From a bacterium BMS3Abin02 (GTDB lineage Bacteria; Actinomycetota; Acidimicrobiia; Spongiisociales; UBA4744), in assembly GCA_002897675.1 (NCBI GenBank), contig BDSU01000045.1, positions 23,282-87,281 of the forward strand: a stretch of DNA of 64,000 nucleotides, read 5' to 3'. Position 1 is the stretch's first letter. Each line of letters begins with the position of its first letter. Positions 32,261 to 42,155 of this stretch are shown piece by piece. The notes below the pieces were generated by a model. That model had not been told where the DNA came from. It saw nothing but the letters and a program-made list of their open reading frames with translations, and made no database searches. Made by a program: the position numbers and the translations under genes.

Positions 32261-32868
32261 CAGCCGCCTCCTACTCCCGGTCCGACGGCACCCCGGGTTC
32301 CTCCGAGGAACCCGGGAAGGTTCGTGAAGATGCTCTGGCAGGCATCGTTGGCTTCGATGAAGGCCGGATCACTCGGGTCGATATCGGCGAAGGGTCCGCG
32401 AGGCGGGCTGTTTCCGGATCCGGGTGAACCAACGTTGGAGAAGTCGGGGTCCGGCATGTCGTAGCCATTCTCACGCATGCAGACTGCATACTCGACGAAC
32501 GTGTCTTCGAGCTGTGTTCGATCCTGCTGCCGGAACCCGATGGCGACCCGTTGGAGAATCGGACCGCACGCATCCCGTGCCTTCTGGAAGAGTTCCCGAT
32601 CATTCGGGTCGAAGTTGGTGGGACGGGAGAGCCGCAGGTTGCCGTTCGCGTCGACGACCGGATCCTCGATCTCGATCCCCTGCTCACGAAGGCACGCCGT
32701 GAAGTCGAGCATCGCCTGCTCGAAATCGACCTCGGTGGTCGTCGTCGTGCTGCTTTGGGGGGTGGTGTCGTCGAGCGATGCCACCGCGTCATTGCTCGTG
32801 CTCCCTCCGCCGCATGCTGCAGCGACCAGCCCGAAGGCTGCCACGAGGGTGATAAGTCTGATGCTCAT
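32260..32868 (-). CDS. lipoprotein with an internally duplicated Cys-containing module
   Basis: Signal peptide + lipobox (LITLVAAFGLVAAAC). Two similar modules (FTACLREQG...ARDACGPI / YAVCMRENG...ANDACQSIF). First gene of a four-gene operon with the adaptor, ATPase and permease. Confidence 0.5.
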   Translation of the reverse strand: MSIRLITLVAAFGLVAAACGGGSTSNDAVASLDDTTPQSSTTTTTEVDFEQAMLDFTACLREQGIEIEDPVVDANGNLRLSRPTNFDPNDRELFQKARDACGPILQRVAIGFRQQDRTQLEDTFVEYAVCMRENGYDMPDPDFSNVGSPGSGNSPPRGPFADIDPSDPAFIEANDACQSIFTNLPGFLGGTRGAVGPGVGGG

Positions 32869-33125
32869 GGGCTTCCTCTCGGGAGTATCCGGAAGCACGA
32901 TCGCGTACCGGCCTTAACGGCACGTGAAGGGAGCATGAGAATGTGATGAGAATGAGATGGGGTCGTTGTGAAGAGAGGCAGCGATCCGTACCGGGTAGAT
33001 CGCGGGCCATCTTCCGTCGGTCTCCGAGGACGCGCCTCGTCCTGCTGCATCACTCCCGGGCTCGAAAGCACCCGGCCCCAGATGGGGCCGGGTGCTTCTG
33101 TTCGGCTGGTAGGGAAGGTGTGCGG

Positions 33126-34250
33126 CTAGTTGCCGGCCAGATCCAGGAATGCCAACGGGCTGACAGGCGGCGCCTGGAAACGCACGTACCCGTGACCGGT
33201 CATACCGTGGCAGGCGTTGCAGGCTGCTATCGCAGAAGCGTAGGAAGTCTCGAACGCTGCCTTGTCCTTGGCGTTGATCGCGTCGACCACGGCCTGAAGT
33301 GGGCCCTGCTCGAAGGTCTTGAGCAAATCGGCATTGGCGGGCCGGGTTGTCTCTCCGACTTCCTGGTACTCGACAGCTTCCTTGATCTGGTATGCGGCGT
33401 GATCCCAGTTGCCGGCGTCGACTGCCAGCTTTGCGAGCGCGAACCGCTGACCATACTCCATCATGATCGTGCCGAGACCCGGCTGGATGTTCCACAGTGT
33501 CAGACCGCGATCGATGTTGTTCATCCGATCGGTGATCATCGCCTTGGCGTCATCCAAGGTCGGAGTTCCTTCCGGTGCGGTCCATGGCGCCAGTTCGTGA
33601 GAGCCTTCCGGTCCTGGTGCGGCCGATTCACTGGCAGCGGCGACGAGGAACGCCTGCGGGCTGGTGGTCGGCGTCTGGAACCGCACGTAGGCGTGTCCGG
33701 TGCCGACGTGGCACTGGTTGCAGCCGGTGACGGCCGCTTCGTAGGCACTGTCGAACGCGGACTTGTCCATCGCCACGATCGCGTCTGTGACCGGGTCCAG
33801 GTATGTGTGCTCGAAGGACGCAAGTAGTTCGGCCTTGCCGGGTCGTGTCGCTTCTCCGACTTCCTGGATCTCGATCTGCTCCTTCAACTGGTACTGGGCC
33901 ATACCCCAGTCGCCGGCGTCGGCAGCTTGCTTCGTCATCGCGAAGCGCTTTCCGTACTCGATCATCACGGTGCCGAGACCTGGCTGGATGTCCCAGAGGG
34001 TCAGATCACGGTTGGACGTGTTGAACGTGTCCATGATGAGCTGCTGAACTTGCAGCGCGGTGACGCCCTCGACAGGCGCCGCCGTCGTGGTGGGCGCGGC
34101 CGCGGTGGTGGGCGCCGCCGTCGTCGTGGGCGCCGCCGTCGTCGTGGGCGCCGTCGTCGTCGTCGTCGTGGTTCCCGTGTTGGTGCAAGCAGCGACCGTT
34201 AGTGCGAGGGCAAGTATCAGTGATGCTATCCCAATGGGTTTCTTCCTCAT
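33126..34250 (-). CDS. lipoprotein with two tandem helical CXXCH (c-type haem-binding motif) domains, cytochrome c'-like
   Basis: Lipobox LALALTVAAC then a Thr/Ala/Pro linker. Two ~150-aa repeats, each ending in CXXCH (GCNQCHVGTGHAYVRFQ and ACNACHGMTGHGYVRFQ) and each preceded by ...LTLWDIQPGLGTVMIEYGKRFA... / ...LTLWNIQPGLGTIMMEYGQRFA.... Confidence 0.55.
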   Translation of the reverse strand: MRKKPIGIASLILALALTVAACTNTGTTTTTTTAPTTTAAPTTTAAPTTAAAPTTTAAPVEGVTALQVQQLIMDTFNTSNRDLTLWDIQPGLGTVMIEYGKRFAMTKQAADAGDWGMAQYQLKEQIEIQEVGEATRPGKAELLASFEHTYLDPVTDAIVAMDKSAFDSAYEAAVTGCNQCHVGTGHAYVRFQTPTTSPQAFLVAAASESAAPGPEGSHELAPWTAPEGTPTLDDAKAMITDRMNNIDRGLTLWNIQPGLGTIMMEYGQRFALAKLAVDAGNWDHAAYQIKEAVEYQEVGETTRPANADLLKTFEQGPLQAVVDAINAKDKAAFETSYASAIAACNACHGMTGHGYVRFQAPPVSPLAFLDLAGN

Positions 34251-34558
34251 GATCCGCTCCCTCCGTGGTGGTATTAGGATCATAGTGAGATTGTATTGCA
34301 CGGCATAATGGTGTTCAGGGCATGGGGTCTCTTTATGGTTGATGCACGTTCATCCCTATTGTTCGTGCATGGTGACTGTGACTGTCCACTCCTACCGATT
34401 GCTACCCAGCATCCATTCATGTCCCCATGGTTGATGCAGACATATGGCGTTGCATTATCAGAGTTATTGCAGATATGCTTATGACCATCTGCACTTCCAC
34501 TGCACCAGGGCCAAAAGACCCTATATGGATGTGACAAAAGTCCCTTCTTATGTCCAAT

Positions 34559-36253
34559 TCAGTCCGGGACTTCGCTGGGCAGAGGGAACCAGCGCATGGC
34601 TTCTGCGGAGGGTGACAGCCTGATCGGCTCACCATCGAACGGTACCGGGGACTGCCCGAGGATCCGACGCGCCGCAGACAGATAGGTCGGAAGGCGATCG
34701 AGGGATTCGACCAGTCGACGCTTCGGGTAGGTCATCGCCGCTCCCTCGTAGGCAATATCGGCAAGTGCCATCGGAGGCGTGCCGGTCTCCGCCCGATGCC
34801 GCCACACGGCTGTTGCAGGGTCGACGTTGTACCGGCTCAGGACGCGCCAACCGCCGTTGGCGATGAGGTGCACTGCCTCGACGATGTAGGAAAACTCTTC
34901 CTCTGCGATGAAATAGTTGAAGTTCACACGAGCCCATCCCGGCTTGATGACCTCGCAGCCGTCCTCGACTTCCATCTCGAGTCGCCGACTCATCTCGCTG
35001 TCGATACCGAGGAGACGATGTCCGTACGGTCCTGCGCAGGAACAACCGCCACGCGCCTGGATGCCGAAGAGATCGTTCAGGAGTGCAACGACGTAGTTGT
35101 GATGGAGCCACCTGTCATCCCCGAAACGCTCCGGGGCGCGCAGCTCGAACGACACGATCGAGAGTCGATCGGCGTCGGGGTTGCCGAGGATGCGGATGTT
35201 TGGATCGCTCCGCCACGAATCGATTGCCCGACGGATGAACGCGGATTCGCGGCGCCGGATCTCGTCGGGTCCGACCGTCTCCTTGAGTTGGAACACGAGT
35301 CCGGCTCTGATCGACTCGATGATCGCCGGTGTGCCGCCTTCCTCACGGTGCTCCTGGTCGCGGAGGTAGTGATGCTCGAACGAGCTCACGTAGCTGACCG
35401 TTCCTCCGCCCGGTACCGACGGAACCCGGTTGTGGAGGAGGTCGCGACGTACAGCGAGCACGCCGGGAGTCTGTGGCCCGCCGATGAACTTGTGTGGAGA
35501 GACGAACACGGCGTCTTTGTAGTCGTCACCGTGGGTGTTCGGGGATCGGAGCTCGACCGCGACGTAGGGTGCCGCAGCCGCGAAATCCCAAAACGACAAG
35601 GCACCGTGACGGTGCAGCAACGACGAGACCGCCGAGGCGTCGGTGATGATGCCTGTGACGTTGGAGGCAGCGGAGAAACTGCCGATCCGCAGGGGACGGT
35701 CCCTGTATTCGACGAGCATTGTTTCGAGGTGTCCGAGGTCGACGTGGCCGTCGTCGTCTTCACGGATCTCGACAACGTCGGCGATCGATTCGAGCCAGGG
35801 GAGTTCGTTGGAATGATGCTCATACGGGCCGACGAAGACGACTGGCCTGTCCTTTGACGGAATATGGTCTGTGAGATGGTGGCGCTCGTCGAGCTCGGCC
35901 GGGATTCTGATGCCCAGGATTGTGGTCAGCTTGTCGATCGCTCCGGTCGACCCCGACCCACAGAAGATGACGGCGTGCTCATCGTCGTTGCCGCCGAGGC
36001 ATCGCTTGATGATCGATCTCGCCTCTTCGCGGAATCGAGTTGTCTGAAGTCCGGTTCCGGACGTCTCGGTATGGGTATTGGCGTAGAAGGGCAAGACCAC
36101 ATCGCGGATGTAGCTCTCGATGAACGACAGCGGCTTCCCCGAGGCCGTGTAGTCGGCATAGGTGACCCGCCGGGGGCCGAACGGACCGTCGATCGCCGTA
36201 TCGGCGCCGACTACAGAAGAGCGAATCAACTCGATGAGGTCTTCGGTTGCCAT
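34559..36253 (-). CDS. PLP-dependent aminotransferase class V family protein (cysteine desulfurase/epimerase-like fold)
   Basis: ANTHTETSGTG...FCGSGSTGAIDKL...SFSAASNVTGIITD...VFVSPHKFIGGPQTPGVLAVR matches the class V fold including the PLP-Lys region (SPHKF). Start at MATEDLIELI. Confidence 0.75.
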   Translation of the reverse strand: MATEDLIELIRSSVVGADTAIDGPFGPRRVTYADYTASGKPLSFIESYIRDVVLPFYANTHTETSGTGLQTTRFREEARSIIKRCLGGNDDEHAVIFCGSGSTGAIDKLTTILGIRIPAELDERHHLTDHIPSKDRPVVFVGPYEHHSNELPWLESIADVVEIREDDDGHVDLGHLETMLVEYRDRPLRIGSFSAASNVTGIITDASAVSSLLHRHGALSFWDFAAAAPYVAVELRSPNTHGDDYKDAVFVSPHKFIGGPQTPGVLAVRRDLLHNRVPSVPGGGTVSYVSSFEHHYLRDQEHREEGGTPAIIESIRAGLVFQLKETVGPDEIRRRESAFIRRAIDSWRSDPNIRILGNPDADRLSIVSFELRAPERFGDDRWLHHNYVVALLNDLFGIQARGGCSCAGPYGHRLLGIDSEMSRRLEMEVEDGCEVIKPGWARVNFNYFIAEEEFSYIVEAVHLIANGGWRVLSRYNVDPATAVWRHRAETGTPPMALADIAYEGAAMTYPKRRLVESLDRLPTYLSAARRILGQSPVPFDGEPIRLSPSAEAMRWFPLPSEVPD

Positions 36254-36371
36254 GCTCCGATGGTAGAGGGATCTGGCGGATTGCATCGGGTCGAGGATCG
36301 GGTCTTCTCGGTTCCCTTCTCACCGGTTTCTCATCTTCCTCTCACCATGTTCCTAAGCCTCGCCGGTACAG

Positions 36372-37064
36372 TTGTTCCTCATGAGTGGTTCCCGAATTCT
36401 GATCGCGGAAGACGATCGGGGCGTGCGCCAATCGCTGGAGCGCGCTCTGCGTTTCGAGGGTTACGATGTGTCCGCCGTCAAGGATGGCGCAGAGGCGCTG
36501 GAAGTGCTCATCCAGGACGTTCCCGAGCTGCTGCTACTGGACGTGATGATGCCGCACATCGACGGTCTTACCGTGTGCCGGCGACTCCGCGCCACGGGCA
36601 ACGATGTTCCGGTTCTCATGCTGACGGCACGGCACGAGGTTCGCGACCGGGTCGCCGGTCTCGACGCGGGTGCCGACGATTACCTCGTCAAGCCGTTCGC
36701 ATTGGAGGAATTGCTGGCGCGAATCCGTGCGCTCCTTCGGCGCAACGTACCTTCCGAAGGGGCCGAAACGCTGGCGGTCGGAGATCTGACTCTCGATCCC
36801 CGGACGCGCACGGTCATGAGGGGGGATCGTGAGCTCAACCTCACGAAGACCGAGTTCGATCTCCTGGAGCTGCTCCTCGTGAATGCCGGTGTGGTCCTGA
36901 CGAGAGAGGTCATCTACGAGCGAATCTGGGGGTACGATTTCGGAACGAGTTCGAACTCTCTGGATGTCTACATCGGCTACCTACGACGGAAGATGGAGGA
37001 AGGCGACGAGCCGAGGCTCATCAGCACCGTGCGCGGCGTCGGTTACGTGATTCGCAAGCCATGA
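36372..37064 (+). CDS. OmpR-family response regulator (MprA/MtrA-like)
   Basis: REC ([18 protein letters not shown]...[14 protein letters not shown]...) plus winged-helix Trans_reg_C ([34 protein letters not shown]...VYIGYLRRK). Confidence 0.9.
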   Translation: MFLMSGSRILIAEDDRGVRQSLERALRFEGYDVSAVKDGAEALEVLIQDVPELLLLDVMMPHIDGLTVCRRLRATGNDVPVLMLTARHEVRDRVAGLDAGADDYLVKPFALEELLARIRALLRRNVPSEGAETLAVGDLTLDPRTRTVMRGDRELNLTKTEFDLLELLLVNAGVVLTREVIYERIWGYDFGTSSNSLDVYIGYLRRKMEEGDEPRLISTVRGVGYVIRKP

Positions 37065-38401
37065 AACTGAGAGCAAGACTCACGATGCTGGTTACCGGCG
37101 CGGTGGCACTTGCCGTGATTCTCGTTTCTGCTTCGGCGTTTTTTCTGGCTCGCGCGCAAATGCGTTCGGTGATCGACGAGTCGCTCCTGGAACGTATCGC
37201 GTTCGCCGCCCGAGTCGAGAATGCCAGCGGGATGATGCGCCGTGTAGGTCCGCTGCTGCTCGCCGGCGCTGCGGGTGATCTCTTCCGACTGGATCAATAC
37301 GTGCAGGTGGTCTTCGCCGATGGGTCGATCGAGACTCCTATCGGTCAGGAGCTCATACTGCCGGTTACCGATCATGACGTGGCGATCGCCGCGGGTGCCG
37401 AGCACGGGATCATTCGCGACGTCTACGTCGACGACCTGCACCTCAGGATGGTGACCGGCCCGGCCGGCAGGGGCCAGGCGGTCCAGTACGCGCGCCCGCT
37501 CACCGAGATCGACCAGACACTCGCCAAACTCGCATTGGTGCTGGGCCTCGTTGGTCTCGGCGGTGTTGCGATCGCGGCCGCCCTTGGGATGATCGTCTCA
37601 CGCAGCAGCCTCGCGCCGGTGATCGCACTCACGGCGACTGCGGAGCATGTCGCGGAAACGCAGGACCTCGAGGCACGGATCGACGTCGATCGCGACGACG
37701 AGATCGGTCGTCTTGCAGCGTCCTTCAACACGATGCTGGAGGCATTGGAGGCCTCGCGTGAGCAGCAGCGCAGGCTGGTTGCCGACGCCTCACACGAACT
37801 GCGAACACCTCTCACGAGCCTGCGCACCAACATCGAGTTCCTTGCCCGGGCCAAGGGGATGGGTGACGAAGACCGGTTGGCTCTCATGGACGACGTGTCC
37901 TTCGAGATGCGTGAGTTGAGCAGCCTGGTCGGGGAAATGGTCGAGCTCGCGACCGATCCGAAAGCAGGCGATGAGCCACTGGAGGGTGTCGACCTCACCG
38001 AGACGGTCCACGAGGTTGTCGGGCGGGCACAGCGGAGAACCGGAAGGACGATTGAGGTTTCGGGTGATGCCGGACAGATCGAGGGGCGTCCCAATTCGCT
38101 CCAACGTGCCATGTCGAACCTGATCGACAACGCCCACAAGTGGAGCCCTCCGGAGGCGCCGATAACGATCACCCTCTCGCCGGGCAGAGTCGAGGTCGCG
38201 GATCGCGGGCCAGGGATTCCTGCCGAAGATCTGGCCCATGTCTTCGACCGTTTCTATCGGGCGACCGAAGCGAGGTCCCTTCCCGGATCCGGGCTTGGTC
38301 TGTCGATCGTCAAGGAGATCGTCGAGAACCACGGTGGCAGTGTGTTCGCGTTCAATCGGGGCGGTGCTGTCGTCGGGTTCGAGATCCCGATTCTCACCTG
38401 A
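37061..38401 (+). CDS. sensor histidine kinase (HAMP-HisKA-HATPase_c; MprB-like)
   Basis: Two TM helices flanking a ~140-aa periplasmic loop, HAMP, H-box [16 protein letters not shown] boxes ([35 protein letters not shown]). ATGA overlap with the RR gene. Confidence 0.9.
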   Translation: MKLRARLTMLVTGAVALAVILVSASAFFLARAQMRSVIDESLLERIAFAARVENASGMMRRVGPLLLAGAAGDLFRLDQYVQVVFADGSIETPIGQELILPVTDHDVAIAAGAEHGIIRDVYVDDLHLRMVTGPAGRGQAVQYARPLTEIDQTLAKLALVLGLVGLGGVAIAAALGMIVSRSSLAPVIALTATAEHVAETQDLEARIDVDRDDEIGRLAASFNTMLEALEASREQQRRLVADASHELRTPLTSLRTNIEFLARAKGMGDEDRLALMDDVSFEMRELSSLVGEMVELATDPKAGDEPLEGVDLTETVHEVVGRAQRRTGRTIEVSGDAGQIEGRPNSLQRAMSNLIDNAHKWSPPEAPITITLSPGRVEVADRGPGIPAEDLAHVFDRFYRATEARSLPGSGLGLSIVKEIVENHGGSVFAFNRGGAVVGFEIPILT

Positions 38402-38484
38402 TTCTCACGTTCCTCTCAGGTTCCTCTCATGGCGGGGATGCATGCTGTACATGCAACTCGACAAAGAGTTCGTCTTCCCTCCCC

Positions 38485-38512
38485 AAAGACCCGGCCTTCG
38501 AGCCGGGTCTTT
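38485..38512 (+). terminator. hairpin terminator candidate downstream of the mprB-like HK
   Basis: aaagacccggc-cttcgag-ccgggtcttt, 11-bp stem, followed by TTG. Confidence 0.45.
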
Positions 38513-38943
38513 GCCTGGGTGAGACAGAGGAAGACCCGGAGACACTTCGGCAGTGAGCCGCCGCATGAGGACCAGCATGCGGATCTCCAGGTCCCGGTGG
38601 TCCGGTTGTTAGTCGCCACCTGAGGGAAGCGACATCGTGGCCGCTTCAGCGACCGGCCACCTCCAGAGTCCTGTCAAGACTGTTTACCAAGACCACCTCC
38701 TTTCTCTGGTGGCGTCATTCTGGCACAGAACGCCGCTCGATCTGCGGGGTTTTTTCGGCGGTGAGCCCCGGTTTGGGTCGAGGAGGGGGGAGATGGCTGG
38801 GCGGCTCCCTCTCTTCGTTGCTTCTCCTGATGGGGAACAGGCCGAGGCGAAGGGACGGAGCGTGAAGTGAGGCAGTGCTCGGAACATCCCGATCGCCTCG
38901 CCGGGTTCGGTACCGCCCCTCGATGGACGGGCCGGAGGGCTGC

Positions 38944-39990
38944 TCAGCGTTCACCGACGGTGACGTCGATCATGCCTTGCTGTCGACCTCGGACGACGGT
39001 CAGCTCGAGCACGTTCCCGGGCTCGGCAGCGACGATGGTCGCCTCGAGGCTCGACTCGTCTACCACGTTCTGACCATCCACCGCGATGATGATGTCGCCG
39101 ACACGGAGGCCCGCGATGTCGGCCGGACCGGTTGGGAGCACGGTCGTGACGATCACACCTTCGTTCGTCGCCAATCCGAAGCGCTGTTGGTACTCGCTGT
39201 TGTTCGTGACGAATCCGATGCCGATGAATGCCTTGCCGAGACCCTCGAGGATGCGGTCGACATCAGGGAGTGCAGTTTCGATCGGTATTGCAAAACCGAT
39301 GTTCTGGGCGTTGCCCGCGATCGCGGTGTTGATCCCGATCACCTCGCCGGCCTGGTTCAGCAGCGGCCCACCGGAGTTGCCGGGGTTGATTGCAGCGTCC
39401 GTTTGCAGGAGGCCGGTGAGCTGACCGGTTCGTGTCCGGATCGTGCGATCGACGGCGGAGAGAATGCCGACGGTCACCGTCGGCGAAGAGCTGTCCAGAC
39501 CAAGAGCGTTGCCGATGGCAACCACCGGGTCACCGACGTCCATCGAGTCTGCTCTTCCCATCGGGAGGGGCTCGAGACCCTCTGCATCATCGACTCTGAG
39601 GATTGCCACGTCGTCCGCCGGGAAACCGCCGATCACCTTGGCGGTTCGTATTCGGGCATCCTCTCCAACGATCGTCACCTGGTCTGCCCCCGCGATGACG
39701 TGGAAGTTGGTGAGGATGTGACCCTCGTTGTCGATGACGATGCCGGTACCGGTACCCGACTCGCTCAGTTCCTGGCGGAGGAACATATCGAGGGTGGCTC
39801 TGCTCTGCGTCACCGTGACGATGCCGGATCGGACCGCGTCCACGAGATCCGAGACGTCGTAGAGGATCACTCCTTTCTGCGCGACGGCGGGCGGGGTGGC
39901 GGGAGCCGTGGCCGGTGGTGCGTCGATCGTGTCGAGACCTGCGCATGCCGACAGCACGATCGAGAACACTGCAACGGAGATTCGGCGCAT
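38944..39990 (-). CDS. HtrA/DegP-family trypsin-like serine protease with a C-terminal PDZ domain (PepD-like)
   Basis: Signal/lipobox-like N-terminus (SIVLSACAG), catalytic His (ILTNFHVIAGA), Asp (DVAILRV), Ser (GNSGGPLL). PDZ region (GVIVTTVLPTGPADIAGLRVGDIIIAVDGQNV). Confidence 0.9.
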   Translation of the reverse strand: MRRISVAVFSIVLSACAGLDTIDAPPATAPATPPAVAQKGVILYDVSDLVDAVRSGIVTVTQSRATLDMFLRQELSESGTGTGIVIDNEGHILTNFHVIAGADQVTIVGEDARIRTAKVIGGFPADDVAILRVDDAEGLEPLPMGRADSMDVGDPVVAIGNALGLDSSSPTVTVGILSAVDRTIRTRTGQLTGLLQTDAAINPGNSGGPLLNQAGEVIGINTAIAGNAQNIGFAIPIETALPDVDRILEGLGKAFIGIGFVTNNSEYQQRFGLATNEGVIVTTVLPTGPADIAGLRVGDIIIAVDGQNVVDESSLEATIVAAEPGNVLELTVVRGRQQGMIDVTVGER

Positions 39991-40101
39991 GGCGGTGAGT
40001 GTACGTGCTCGTGGCGGGTGTCCTGGAGGTAGGGACGTTCGGCCCTTTCACAGAGGACCTTCGGGTGGATTCCAGGTACCCCCGGGGACGTTAGCAACGA
40101 C

Positions 40102-40374
40102 ATGGTGAGGCTCGTAAGGCCCGAGGTGTGTCCGGAGCCGGAATACGAGCTGCTTCACCCTGTCTGGTCTCGCCACGTGGATCCGGATCCTGTGGCGGTC
40201 GATGCGTTGGTCCCCGAGTTGAACGACAACCCGGCCAGGACCGTCGTGGCGCCGATGAGCGGCGACGAGACCGCTGCAACCGAGGCGTGGAAGGTGCACG
40301 TCGCCGACGAGGTGCCGGATGTGTGCATCCACGAAGATGGCATCAACGAATGGCCGGAGACGCTCGGTGGATGA
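40102..40374 (+). CDS. hypothetical small protein (90 aa)
   Basis: ORF only; acidic, no recognised motif; sits in an otherwise unassigned 650-bp gap. Confidence 0.2.
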   Translation: MVRLVRPEVCPEPEYELLHPVWSRHVDPDPVAVDALVPELNDNPARTVVAPMSGDETAATEAWKVHVADEVPDVCIHEDGINEWPETLGG

Positions 40375-40644
40375 GAAGCACAAGAGGCACACAGGCCGTG
40401 GGTGACGATCGACTCCGCCTTGTCTTCGCGTGCGCGCTTGCTGACGCATACCCGGCGGCGAAACCGGATCCCGAAGGGTACGAGCTGGAGTTCGCGTCCA
40501 AGGTGAAGCCGGCAGCGAAGGCCGGCCCATCCGCCGGCGGCTGCGGCTGACGTTCCCTCGTGTCCTCGATCGCTCGTGCCGTTTCGGATGAGGGGACGGG
40601 CCTCTGGAAGACCGACGGTCGACGGCTGACGGGTAGCGACTACA

Positions 40645-41319
40645 TTGGCGGCCGTGGAGAGCGCATTCCCTTTCCCCGAGGCGAACAAGCCGCTGGTCAT
40701 CGGTATCGCGGGCGGCTCCGGATCGGGCAAGACGACGATCGCCTCCGCCGTCGTGGCGGACGTGGGGGTCGGGGAAGTCGCCGTCCTCGAGCACGACTCG
40801 TACTACCGGCACTTCGAGGGACTCAGCTTCGAGGAGCGGTCCAGGATCAACTACGACCACCCCGGTTCACTCGAGACCGAGCTGCTGGTCCGGCATCTCG
40901 AGATGTTGCTCGACGGCCATTCGGTCGAGAAGCCTGTCTACGACTTCACGACGCATCTGCGGTCCTCCGAGACGGTCACCGTCGAACCGGCCCCGGTGAT
41001 CGTCGTGGACGGCATCCTGGTTCTCGCCGATTCTCAGCTTCGTGCCCTTCTGGATCTCAAGGTGTTCGTCGACACCGACCCCGATCTGAGGGTGCTGCGA
41101 CGCTTGCAGCGAGACATCGAAGAGCGCGGCAGGACGATGCGCTCGGTGATCGAGCAATACTTGGCCACGGTTCGACCGATGCACCTGCAGTTCGTCGAGC
41201 CGTCGAAGGTCCACGCGGACCTGATCATCCCGGAGGGGTACAACCGTGGTGCGGTCGCCGCCGTTCTGGGGCTGGTTCGGCAACGTCTCGACGGTGGCCC
41301 GGACGCCGGGTCCGTATAA
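40645..41319 (+). CDS. udk: uridine kinase
   Basis: P-loop LVIGIAGGSGSGKTT, DSYYR, DHPGSLE, VIVVDGILVLAD, Udk lid LRVLRRLQRDIEERGR. Confidence 0.85.
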   Translation: MAAVESAFPFPEANKPLVIGIAGGSGSGKTTIASAVVADVGVGEVAVLEHDSYYRHFEGLSFEERSRINYDHPGSLETELLVRHLEMLLDGHSVEKPVYDFTTHLRSSETVTVEPAPVIVVDGILVLADSQLRALLDLKVFVDTDPDLRVLRRLQRDIEERGRTMRSVIEQYLATVRPMHLQFVEPSKVHADLIIPEGYNRGAVAAVLGLVRQRLDGGPDAGSV

Positions 41320-41327
41320 TCGCTCGG

Positions 41328-42152
41328 ATGACACATCCAACAGTCGGAGTTCTCGGTGTCGGCGCAATGGGCGAGGCACTCGTCGTCGGCCTCCTGCATG
41401 CCTCCTGGGAGCCGGACGAATTGGCACTCGGCGTACGGCGAGAAGAGCAGCGTGAGGAACTGGCCGCTCGATACGGGTGTCCGGTCAGTCTCGACCCGGC
41501 TACCGTGATCACCGGTCGTGACGTGATCGTCGTCGCGGTGAAGCCTCGTTCGGTTCCACGGTTGCTCTCGGCAATCGCCGGTACGGTGACCGTGGAGCAA
41601 ACCGTGGTGTCTCTCGCAGCCGGCGTCGCGACGGGTCTCTACGAGGATGCGCTCGGTGACGTACCGGTCGTGCGGGCGATGCCGAACACTCCGGCGCTCG
41701 TCGACGAGGGTATCACCGGGATTGCGCCGGGTCGCTTTGCAGGCGAGCGCTCGATGCGGCACGCCGACATCGTGCTTCAGGCAGTTGGCGGCGTGATCCA
41801 GATGGAGGAGCAGCACCTGGACGCCGTTACCGCGGTATCCGGTACGGGTCCCGCCTACGCGTTCCTTCTTGCCGAGGCGCTCACGGAAGCAGCCGTCAGA
41901 GAGGGACTCTCCCGAAGTGTGGCCCAGCGCCTCGTCAATCAGACCATCAAGGGTGCCGGCGCACTCCTCGTGGAGACGGGCAAAGGACCGTTCGAACTGC
42001 GCGCGCAGGTGACATCGCCCGGTGGCACGACCGCCGCTGCGATGCACGTCCTGGAGGGACGGGGATTCCGGGCGTTGGTGGAGGACGCGGTCGCGGCAGC
42101 GGCGAACCGGTCACGGGAGCTGGGTGAGGCGGCTCGGCAGGAGGAGACGTAG
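41328..42152 (+). CDS. proC: pyrroline-5-carboxylate reductase
   Basis: N-terminal NADP Rossmann (VGVLGVGAMGEALVVGLL), C-terminal P5CR dimerisation motif (VTSPGGTTAAAMHVLE). Confidence 0.85.
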   Translation: MTHPTVGVLGVGAMGEALVVGLLHASWEPDELALGVRREEQREELAARYGCPVSLDPATVITGRDVIVVAVKPRSVPRLLSAIAGTVTVEQTVVSLAAGVATGLYEDALGDVPVVRAMPNTPALVDEGITGIAPGRFAGERSMRHADIVLQAVGGVIQMEEQHLDAVTAVSGTGPAYAFLLAEALTEAAVREGLSRSVAQRLVNQTIKGAGALLVETGKGPFELRAQVTSPGGTTAAAMHVLEGRGFRALVEDAVAAAANRSRELGEAARQEET

Positions 42153-42155
42153 GCG

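Noticed and set aside
38612-38720. Possible SRP (4.5S) RNA because of GUUUACCA and GGGAAGCGAC-like motifs
   Set aside because: The motifs occur in the wrong 5'-3' order relative to the domain IV hairpin on either strand, and the conserved GGAA tetraloop context is missing. Kept only as a generic structured-RNA candidate.
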